From contig JWZX01002446.1 in the NCBI GenBank assembly GCA_001275005.1, positions 1-37,716 on the forward strand: a stretch of DNA of 37,716 nt, read 5' to 3'. The stretch is from Chrysochromulina tobinii. Its lineage: Eukaryota. A program made the position numbers and the translations under genes. Shown here in pieces: positions 1 through 8,572 of this stretch. The notes under the pieces were generated by a model. That model was given only the letters and a program-made list of their open reading frames with translations, searched no databases and was not told where the DNA came from. Position 1 is the stretch's first letter; the number at the start of each line of letters is the position of its first letter.

Positions 1-1896
1 CAGAGCGCTCACGCCTCGATCGTCCCGGCAGGTAACGTCCGCCCCGCGCTCGAGGAGCTCCGTGACGACTGCCGCGTGCCCTCCGTGCGCTGCGGCCATA
101 AGCGCCGTCATGCCGCGGCCGTCGGCCTGGTCGATCAGCTCCGGCGTTTCGTCGAGGAGCGCTCGAAGCTCGTCGATCTGCCCAAACTGCGCAGACTGCA
201 CGTGCGGCAGGGCTCCGAGCATGCCTCCCAATGACGGCTGCACGTTTGGGAAGGGCCACAGCCCAATCTTGCTGTCCGCGAGGTGCCGCTCACAGAGGCG
301 CAAGGCCTCCTCCCGCTCGGGCAGGCGGCGGCCCCCAAACGAGCGCTGCAGCACCCCATCGACCTGGCGCCATCGGAGCCGCCGAGTCCATTGGTCCACG
401 TCGGATCGCGGCGGAAAGTACCCGCCGTGCTCTACGTGGCAGTGAGGGTGCGCATCACGGCCGCAGGCCTGAAAGCACAGCCAGCAGAACGCCACGTGGC
501 AGCTGCTGCACGTCATCGCGATGCAACCATCTGGATCCGGGTCGCAGAACACCCCGCAAGATGGGCAGCTGAGGTTCAGGGCCTTATGGAGCTCTGGCTG
601 AATCGACTCGGGAGTGTGAACCTCTCCCTCGTCTGGCGTCTCCGTCGTCTCCATCGTCTCAAGGTAGAGCCGCAGCCCATCTCCAAAGAGGAGGGGCTCA
701 ACCATGCTGCGGCAAAATGGGAATGGGTGCTGGTGTTCGCCGAGGCAGTCGAGGGCGCCATTCGAGCTACGCAGCTTCGCCGAGCCAGCGAGGCTGCAAA
801 TGTACCCCTGAAGGCATGCCGAGCAGATCAGGTGGCCCTCGGGGCAGGCGAGCCCGCGGCGCGTGCTGACCTCCTCGAGGCAGATGAGGCACAGTGCTCG
901 CGTGGCGGCCGCTTCTGTAAAGGCCGAAGCAGCCGTGATGAGCACGCGAAGGCGGGACCAGCGCTGCGTCGCAGGCGGCAGGTCTCCTGCAGGCGCCGTG
1001 GAGGAGTCCAGCACGCTCATGCGGAAGACGTCGGCGAGCTTGGCGGCCACCTCGTGCATCGTGAGCTCGAGTGCCTCGCACCTGGGTGCCAGCTCCAGCA
1101 GCGCCACGCTCACAGCACGCGGGGCCGATGCTCCGGCGCTGCCGAGCTCGTGGAGGAGTCGGCCAACACCGCGCAGGTCGGCATCGCGTGCGAGCGCTTT
1201 CTCGCCCAGCGTCGCTGACCCGGATGATGGACGCACGTGCAGGCTGCCACACGGTAGCAGCCACGCGCTCCCATCATAGCGGACGCCAACAGCTGCGGGT
1301 GTCACCGCGCCGTGCGCCTCTCCCGCCCCGTGCAGAGCGCACAGGCCCACCGCGACTCCGTAGATCACGGTGAGGAGTGTCTGCCAAGGGTGGCGTGCGA
1401 ACCATGGCCCAGAAGCGTCTGCGTCCGCAAAGGTGCCAAGTTCCGGCCACCCGAAGAACAATGCGCTCTTTTGGTCCACCGGATGGCGGGCGACCGCGCA
1501 GAGCCGTGCCATGTGCGGAAGCAACCCAAGCGTGTGCAGGCGGTCGATGGAGACGTCGTCGATGCGCTCGCTCAGCACCATAGGTATCAGGGGCGCCGAG
1601 CTCGGATAGTGGAGGAGGCTGGGAAGATGCAGCTGTGCGCCTTCGGGCGATGCTCGAAGAGCCTCCTCTGCAACTCGCCACGGGACTTGCTCGCAGACGA
1701 TTGTACTGCGATGAGCCACGATGGACTCTGGGGGCATACGCCGCGATGGATGCGCCGGTTCGGAGCGCAACCGCCGCAGCGCCGGTGGGCTGATCGTGGC
1801 TTCCCGTGGAGCGGGGACGGTGGCGGCCCTTTGGGGGAGCAGGGGCACTGGAGCGCCAGAATCTGCTCGTTCGGCGTCGCGTTGCAGCGCCGCCAT
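1..1896 (-). CDS. Pseudokinase-like domain + RING1 + RBR-type RING2 (Rcat) + ankyrin repeat protein; 3' end lies outside the window
   Basis: Manual minus-strand translation is open from ATG 1896 to position 1 (MAALQRDAER...GVSAL). Motifs: WQTLLTVIYGVAVGLCALHGAGEAHGAVTPAAV..DGSAWLLPCG and DLRGVGRLLHEL (degenerate kinase); CLICLEE..ACPEGHLICSACLQGYI (RING); CPSCGVFCDPDPDGCIAMTCSSCHVAFCWLC (Rcat); DGRGMTALMAAAHGGHAAVVTELLERGADV (ankyrin). The ORF track omits it because there is no stop codon in the window. An upstream exon is possible. Confidence 0.85.
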   Translation of the reverse strand, partial: MAALQRDAERADSGAPVPLLPQRAATVPAPREATISPPALRRLRSEPAHPSRRMPPESIVAHRSTIVCEQVPWRVAEEALRASPEGAQLHLPSLLHYPSSAPLIPMVLSERIDDVSIDRLHTLGLLPHMARLCAVARHPVDQKSALFFGWPELGTFADADASGPWFARHPWQTLLTVIYGVAVGLCALHGAGEAHGAVTPAAVGVRYDGSAWLLPCGSLHVRPSSGSATLGEKALARDADLRGVGRLLHELGSAGASAPRAVSVALLELAPRCEALELTMHEVAAKLADVFRMSVLDSSTAPAGDLPPATQRWSRLRVLITAASAFTEAAATRALCLICLEEVSTRRGLACPEGHLICSACLQGYICSLAGSAKLRSSNGALDCLGEHQHPFPFCRSMVEPLLFGDGLRLYLETMETTETPDEGEVHTPESIQPELHKALNLSCPSCGVFCDPDPDGCIAMTCSSCHVAFCWLCFQACGRDAHPHCHVEHGGYFPPRSDVDQWTRRLRWRQVDGVLQRSFGGRRLPEREEALRLCERHLADSKIGLWPFPNVQPSLGGMLGALPHVQSAQFGQIDELRALLDETPELIDQADGRGMTALMAAAHGGHAAVVTELLERGADVTCRDDRGVSAL

Positions 1897-2124
1897 CGCG
1901 TTCTTGGCGTCGACCGGGGCTGCAAAAAGCGTGTGAACGTTAACACGACAGACGCGACAGTCGGTGCTACGGCACTGTTACTGCGTGTGTGGGGAGAGTT
2001 TCTAGGATCGAGCGCACGCGGCGCTCTTCGAAAATCAGGCATCGGGGAACAGGCGCCGCCCAATGTACCAAAATCGGCTCGGGTCGTTACATGAAGAGTA
2101 CCATGGTAGTGCGTCGCTCCGATC

Positions 2125-3015
2125 ATGCCGCTGTCACCGATCGAGAGGAAGATCATGGCCGAGACGGCTATGGATCTCCGCAGAGACTGTCTCCTCACTC
2201 AGCCGCACTCGGCCTCACTCACCACGAAGCACAAGCCTGTGCCTGCGGCTTTTGGTAAGAACTACGATGGCCGTGCGCTGTTCAGGTCGACGTCTCCGCA
2301 GCGGCCCGAGTGGCAGCCCCGAAAGTTTTCGGACTTCGCCCCAAAGGTCTACCGCGTCCTGGGCTTGGACATCGACTATGGAGGCCGCCCGCTAGGTCCC
2401 GGCGACTACGATACGCTTCATGAAATGAATATGGCCGGTGGTGCTCCGCATGGCGGCGCCGCTGAGTGCGACTTCAAGTCGGGAAGCCCGCGCCAACCGC
2501 GGAGCGCGAAACCGTTGACACATAAGTGCCAGTTCCTGCCCATTGACACGGCGGAGCACACGGTGGTGACTACGCAACCCGTCGTGCCAGGCGCGCACGG
2601 GCGCTCCTTCAACACGTCGCCGCGCAATCCGTCGCCGCCGTACCGCGACCCGGGCTTGAACGAGCAGAGCGACCCTCTCGCACGCTCGCTCGTCGACGAG
2701 GTCAACAAGTCGTCGCGCCTGTACAAGGCCGCATTCCAATCGGGCGTCAAGCGCCTCTCGCTGCCCCGCTCCATGACCAATGAGGAGCTTGGCCCAGGCA
2801 GGTACGCGCCGCGCCCGGGAATGGTCGTGAGGCATGCCGAGTCTCTCTCGCCGATGTTCAAGGTGCCGACCAACTCGAAGCTACAGAGGCGGCCGCGCCA
2901 CCTGACCTCGATGCTCAAAAAGGAGGCGTACGGCGGCGAGTGGATGTCCACAGGCCCACGATGGATTCCGAGGGAACACCCATGGACCTCTCGCGCCGCG
3001 TTTACGTATAAGTAG
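2125..3015 (+). CDS. Hypothetical protein with PGP(G)xY (SHIPPO/ODF3-like) repeats, probably ciliary/axonemal
   Basis: 296-aa ORF with coding-like GC3 bias. LGPGDYDT and LGPGRYAP motifs are each followed by F-K/S-rich segments typical of SHIPPO-rpt proteins. Confidence 0.6.
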   Translation: MPLSPIERKIMAETAMDLRRDCLLTQPHSASLTTKHKPVPAAFGKNYDGRALFRSTSPQRPEWQPRKFSDFAPKVYRVLGLDIDYGGRPLGPGDYDTLHEMNMAGGAPHGGAAECDFKSGSPRQPRSAKPLTHKCQFLPIDTAEHTVVTTQPVVPGAHGRSFNTSPRNPSPPYRDPGLNEQSDPLARSLVDEVNKSSRLYKAAFQSGVKRLSLPRSMTNEELGPGRYAPRPGMVVRHAESLSPMFKVPTNSKLQRRPRHLTSMLKKEAYGGEWMSTGPRWIPREHPWTSRAAFTYK

Positions 3016-3194
3016 TCGGTTGAGAAGAAGTGGGACGTCATAAAGCACCACACGACGCTCCGTTTGTCGGAGCATCGCCTTCAAGTTTTGGTAACCTTTG
3101 GTGTTCACGCCGGCCTCTCTCATCACGCACGGCGCCTCCGAAGCGCGCCGATCGACGATACATTGCCTATAACGCCGTATAACCATTGCGGGTG

Positions 3195-5867
3195 ATGATG
3201 GGCCCGGGCGCGAATGCGGCCCCGCTAATGGAGCGCGACTGGGGTCACTCGGGCGAGAACCTCTCCGCTCTCGGCGGCGGCGAAAAGGCGACCGTCTCGA
3301 CTCGAGCGACGAGCTATACGGGGCAGCTCGTGGCGTCGATCGTGCTGATCATCGCGATCGGGGTCGAGGACAAGAGCACGCAGTACTGGGGGTACACCAT
3401 CGCCGTGGGCGCCGTCTCAGCCGCCATTGCTCTCACCGAGCTGCTGCTCCTTGCCTTCCAGAAGTCGGACAAGATTCTGTTCGTCGCCCCGGTGCTCGGC
3501 GACATGACCGAGAGCGGTGTGCTCGCGCTCTTCCTGCTGGTGTGGTGGGGCGTCGGGACGTACGTGATCACCTTCATCGCGCCCTTCACAACCACCTCTA
3601 ACGGCTACTTTGCCGCCTGGATGGGCTTCGTGTGCAGCGTCGGCAGTGCCGGCGCCACCCTGCCGCGGCTTGCGGCGTCTGGGATCGCTCAGTTTTCGAG
3701 TACGAGCCTGATCGGTCTTGGCGTGTGCGCGGTCGTGGTCGCCCTGGAGCTGGGCGACGAAGGTGGACTCTCGCACCAGATGGTCTACGGCATGATCGTG
3801 TCCGTGCTCACCTTCTCGCTGGTCGCGGTCACGCTGCTCCAGGAGCTTGCAGGCGCGCCGCTCGATGCAACGCTCGCTCGCTCGCTGCACATGGTGATCA
3901 CGTTGCTCTGGGGGTTTGCCGCCCTGTGGCTGACCAGTACCGGACCTTTCGCGGCAACGTCCAATGCCTACTTTGCCCTCTGGGCTGGGCTCGTGTGCGC
4001 GAGCCGATTGGTGCTTGATGTGCAGAAGGCGTCCGGCGTCGTGGCCGCCCTCGCCAACGAATCGTTCGCCGCGCTGTGGGGGCAGTTCGTGGCGGCGAAC
4101 GTGCTGCTCTTGGCGGTGAGCGCCCTCGACGTTGAGAACACCGTGAACTGGGGGTATGCCCTCGCAGTCGCTATTGTGGCCGGGGGACTTGCGCTCATCT
4201 CCGCTCTCCTTTTCGAGAACCCGGCGGGCCGGTAAGTACCTGCCTCAGATCTCCGACTGATCTCCCTCTGATCTCCTTTTCGAGAACCCGGCGGGCCGGT
4301 AAGTACCTGCCTCAGATCTCCGACTGATCTCCCTCTGATCTCCTTTTCGAGAACCCGGCGGGCCGGTAAGTACCTGCCTCAGATCTCCGACTGATCTCCC
4401 TCTAATCTCCGAGTGTGCCTCCCTGTGTGCAGCTTGCCCCTCGGTAGCTTCCCCCTCGGCCCCGGGCGCTACGGCACGCTCGCCCTCAACGACATGCTCG
4501 CCCTCTTCTTGTTCACATGGTGGGCTGTGGGTACCGGGGTCCTGACCATCCAAGGCCCATTCGTCGATACGGTCTTCAAGGCCAATGCTTACTTTGCCCT
4601 GTGGACTGGCTTTGGGTCTTCACTGCTTGGGATCGGGCTCACTCTCACTCGCACGCAGGTGAGTGCGTCTGAGTGCCGCTGAGTGCCGCTGAGTGCCGCT
4701 GAGTGCCTCTGAGTGCGTCTGAGTGCGTCTGATTGCGTCTGATTGCGTCTGAAACTTGAGCCCACGCTCTCGCGCACGCAGCAAGAGGCAGCCGCCAACA
4801 CGGCGCACTTTTACAGCGCGTGCCTCGCTGTCTGCTCCGTCGTCGTCATGCTCTCCTCGTGCCCCGAACTTGCCAATGGCAACATCGGGCGCCGACCGGC
4901 CATCTACGCCATGGTCGTCGCGAGCTTCACGCTGAGCCTCTGGCTGAGCGAGTTGTGGACTGCCGCCTTTCGGCCGCAAGCCATCGGATCCACACCAAGG
5001 ATCAAGCGCTTCCTCGCTGTGGTGCGATTCGTACAGTGGGAGTGCTCGGATTGCCTCGTGATTGCCACTGATTGGCTTTCTGATTGCCTCCCTCATCAGG
5101 TGCGATTCATACAGTGGGAGTGCTCTGATTGCCTCTTGATTGCCACTGATTGGCTGTCTGATTGCCTCCCTCATCAGGTGCGATTCGTGCAGTGGGAGTG
5201 CTCGGATTGCCTCGTGATGGCCACTGATTGGCTGTCTGATTGCCTCCCTCATCAGGTGCGATTCGTACAGTGGGAGTGCTCTGATTGCCTCTTGATTGCC
5301 ACTGATTGGCTGTCTGATTGCCTCCCTCATCAGGTGCGATTCGTACAGTGGGGCATCGTGGCCTCGTGATTGCCACTGATTGGCTGTCTGATTGCCTCCC
5401 TCATCAGGTGCGATTCGTACAGTGGGGCATTGTGGCCTCGTGGACAACCTTTCGCGGCCCGTTTGACCTCACGGGCAACGGCTATTTCTTCTCCTGGGCT
5501 GGCGTCGCCTTCTCCGCGTTCCTGCTGCTCTCAAGTTTCCCACAGCTGAGCGGGCCCCTCGAGCGCCTTCGTGACGAGGTGGGCAAGTCCCCACACCCAC
5601 CACTGATGCATGCTAGAGCTTCTCTGATCGCACGCTGATTGCCTCCCTCATCAGGTGGGCCATTCCCCACAGCCGCCACTGACCCTCGAGGGGGGGCTTG
5701 CGGACATGGGGAGCGTGTACCCACCCCCAGCGTACCCGCCGCTGGGGGTGGGCGCCATGGTGGGCACCCAGCCACTCGACGCGTCGTCCATCACGACGCT
5801 TCCCGCCATCGGGGGTGCCGAGAGCTTTCCCACAAGCGGTTCGGCGGCCAGTGGCACGTGGGAATGA
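3195..5867 (+). CDS. Polytopic membrane protein with four repeated MARVEL-like modules; exons approx. 3195-4231, 4433-4658, 4782-5021, 5408-5578, 5655-5867
   Basis: Hydrophobic helices and a motif repeated four times (PFTTTSNGYFAAW, PFAATSNAYFALW, PFVDTVFKANAYFALW, PFDLTGNGYFFSW). Removing four GT-AG introns joins ORFs 3186, 4413, 4743, 5318 and 5655 in frame. Confidence 0.8.
4232..4432 (+). repeat. Intron containing a 67-bp tandem triplication of exon end plus GTAAGT donor
   Basis: GTAAGT occurs at 4232, 4299 and 4366, each preceded by TCTCCTTTTCGAGAACCCGGCGGGCCG. Acceptor TGTGCAG ends at 4432, and CG|C restores the frame (R-LPLGSF). Confidence 0.85.
4659..4781 (+). mobile_element. Introner-like intron: decamer array (GAGTGCCGCT/GATTGCGTCT)n with an acceptor that duplicates the upstream exon end
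   Basis: GTGAGT donor and about nine 10-nt units. The intron ends in CGCACGCAG, identical to the last 9 nt of the preceding exon. Confidence 0.7.
5022..5407 (+). mobile_element. Introner-like intron made of five ~78-bp units (exon-start duplication + TGATTGCCTCCCTCATCAG)
   Basis: Units start at 5022, 5100, 5178, 5256 and 5334, and the true exon resumes at 5408. Each unit begins with a near-identical copy of GTGCGATTCGTACAGTGGG, the first 19 nt of the downstream exon. Confidence 0.8.
5579..5654 (+). mobile_element. Introner-like intron ending TGATTGCCTCCCTCATCAG with a 28-bp degenerate target duplication
   Basis: Intron start GTGGGCAAGTCCCCACACCCACCACTGA matches next-exon start GTGGGCCATTCCCCACAGCCGCCACTGA at 24/28 positions. 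Confidence 0.8.
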
Positions 5868-6462
5868 GGCGCGCGGGCTCACGCGGGTATGGGGAGGGAG
5901 GAAGAGACCCCTCCGAGGCACTTGCATGCAAACGTGGGGGGGGGCGAGGGATGCCCATTAAATAGAAGGACAATGCGGCGAGTTAGGCGGAACGATGGTG
6001 CACGGAGCGCGGCGAGAGTCTCTGGCTGGTCTCTGGGTGGATGGAATGAAATCAGCTATAGGGGGATCTTCGGATCCATCTCTAATCTCACGAATAACGA
6101 AAGTACGAAACTGCAAACTTGAAAGCTCGAAGCTGCGGGGAATCCCCGTTCCCCCGTCCCCGGGACGCATGCCGGGACGCCCGGGACGCGACGGGTCGCA
6201 GACCCACGCCAGTCCCTTTCGAAGACACACTTCTGGCAGACGATCGAACGTCATGCCGCGCCTGTATCACTGTCCCGCTCGGCTCTTACATATGGATCTC
6301 ACTGGTGAGGTTACAGCCGGTGGGCGCCACCTCTGCTCCACCTTCGTGCACTGGGGCGCAACTTCCCACATGGTCGAATCTTATACGAACATGCGCGAAC
6401 AATCAATGCGCCCCGCCAAGCACCCGTCAACCGTTCTGTCTCTGTGTCCAACGCACCCGTAT

Positions 6463-6554
6463 GCCCAGTCGGCGTCACCTGCGCCCAGTCGGCGTCACCT
6501 GCGCCCAGCCGGCGTCACCTGCGCCCAGTCGGCGTCACCTGCGCCCAGCCGGCG
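6463..6554. repeat. 20-bp tandem repeat (~4.5 copies) overlapping the channel stop codon
   Basis: The unit GCCCAG(T/C)CGGCGTCACCTGC is repeated at a 20-nt period. Confidence 0.9.
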
Positions 6555-8353
6555 GTCGGTTCTTCTCGGTCTCGCGAGACGACCGGGAATCTACCCGGGA
6601 ATCTCCACGAGATCGCTCGGAGTAGACGAGTACGCCTTTGTCTTTGATGAGCTGATCGAGCTTGACTTCCATGGCCATACACCTGTGGCGCAATCAGCGG
6701 CAATCAGACGCAATCAGACGCAATCAGACGCAATCAGACGCAATCAGACGCAATCAGAGCCATGCACCTCTCGACGGCCCTCTCCGTGCGCATGGCCCGC
6801 TGATCCATGCGCTCGACGAGTCGGAAGAGCTGCGCCTTGGTGTAGTCTGTCGGAGGGACCGTCGTCGGGGAGGGCTCTGCTCGGTTTGGATCCATCTCTT
6901 CATTTATTGAGGAGATGAGTTGCGTCACCTGCTCGTCCGTCATCTCGATTGACGATGGAGGCTCGGAGAACTTGTCGAGAAGCACCGCGACGACGACGTT
7001 GGTCATCACCATGCCCGTCAGGATGATGAAGGAGACGAAGAAGAAGCTCACGAAGATTGCGCTCCGCTGGTAGAGGCCAAACGTGAGTGGCCTTGCGAGC
7101 GCCTCAAAGTTCGAGTCGCCCGTCATCGTCTCGAAGAGCGTGTACATCGCGCGCGAGTAGGTGCCGTAGTACTCGATGCCGTTTGTGTAGCCGCGCGGCG
7201 TCGTCGAGTCCACAATGTGCCTGCTGCTGCCGAGGTCGTCTGTCATGTAGGTGCCGTTGATGCCAAAGTCGCGGAAGAGCTCAACGGCGAGGATGGCGTA
7301 GATGCAGTAGAAGATAAAGAGGATCACGAAGGCGTTCGCGACGCCCGGAATGGACGCGAGCAGCGCCATGATGATCCTGTTCAGCGACTGGATCCGCTTG
7401 AAGAGGCGGAAGACGCGGAACGCTCGTAGCAGCTTGAGCTGAGAAATGGGGCCTGAAACGCCTGCCAACAGGATGACGCCCACCCCGGTGATGATCGTGT
7501 CGAAAACGTTCCACCCCGAGCGCCAAAACGCTGGGCCGAAGCCGTAGCCGTACAGGTTGGCCAGCAGCTCGACCAGGAAGATGGCATTGAACGCGGTGTC
7601 GAATCCGTCCCAGAGCGGCTTCATCTTCATCTCGTTCGGGTCCGGATCGTACTCCTTCTCGAGGATGTTGACGATGAAGTTGCCGATGATCACGGCTGCG
7701 ACGCTCCAGACGACGATGGGATTGGTGTAGATGGCTCGCACCTCCCGTTGGTAAGGCAGGGGCTTGTTCTTGCCCCGGAGGGAGTCGTTCCACCACGGCT
7801 CACGCACTAGCCTGACGTCGATCGTGGCCTTGAGCTTCGCAAACCCGAACACGTCCACCGCATCACAATGGCCGTCGGAGTCCACGAGTCCCTGATTCTC
7901 ATTCAGGAGTGGGCCACACTCAGCGATCAACCGCCTTGCCTGGCGATTCGTCACGCCCCGTTGAAACTCCTTGAGGCATTGCACCATTTCCTCCGCTTCA
8001 ATGACGCCACTGTGATCCTTGTCGATCTTATTAAAGGCCTTGTAGACGTCCAGCGCGATGCCCTCCGGGGGTCCTTTCTTGATTTTCCCCCTGGCCCTCT
8101 CATGGGCGGCGCGAGTGGCGGCGGCGGAAGACACTCTTGATGCAAACGTAGCAAACATGTCCAAAGAGGGCATCGCCTTTGAAGGCTCCCCATTTTTGCG
8201 CGCAAGCACTCTGCGACTGTGCAGGCGATATCTGTTTTCGATGGCTATGGCGGCCTCCTCCTCGCTCATTACCCGCGGCTTCCGCACTTGGGGAGGTTCC
8301 TTGAAACTCACCTCGTCGGATGGGCGCTTCTTCCGCTCTCGGAGCCGCTCCAT
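6535..8353 (-). CDS. Single-domain (6TM) voltage-gated cation channel, EukCatB/BacNav-like, with N-terminal EF-hand; exons 8353-6768 and 6682-6535
   Basis: S4 segment KLLRAFRVFRLFKR; S2/S3 motifs IFLVEL and WNVFD; pore TLFETMTGDSNFE; S6 MTNVVVAVLLDKF; EF loop DKDHSGVIEAEE. Removing intron 6683-6767 gives a coiled-coil tail (RAVERCMAMEVKLDQLIK) ending at TGA 6535. Confidence 0.9.
6683..6767 (-). mobile_element. Introner-like intron: (TCTGATTGCG)n array ending CGCCACAG with a 9-bp target duplication
   Basis: The intron begins GTGCATGGC and the next exon begins GTGTATGGC, with about seven decamer units between them. Confidence 0.8.
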
Positions 8354-8572
8354 GCCAAACCTTTACCAAAAGTGCCGAAGATGGCAGCTTGCAACGCCTA
8401 AATATGCCAAAAACATGAGATTTCGCTGAAAAGGCAAACCTTAAGCGGCGCGTCGTTTGCGGTGGTAGGCCCCAAGGGGGGTCACTGCCAATGAGAGAAT
8501 TCCTACAGATTCCTACGTCAAGTTGTCTGGACTTCAAGATACGCTTGTCGAGGAAGCCGCCGGCAGTGAGGC

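Noticed and set aside
283..1218. 311-aa plus-strand ORF
   Set aside because: Antisense shadow of the RING/ankyrin gene; long shadow ORFs are expected with high GC3.
4620..5447. Repeat proteins such as (ESHLMREAIRQPISGNQEAIRALPLY)n and (SDCLPHQVRFVQWEC)n
   Set aside because: These are translations of intronic tandem repeats, not real domains.
6100..6140. AAACTGCAAACT similarity with 25660-25700
   Set aside because: About 12 nt of low-complexity identity, too short to call a shared element.
5995..6918. 307-aa plus-strand ORF
   Set aside because: It overlaps the channel 3' exon, intron and repeats, has no coherent domain and lacks coding-like composition.
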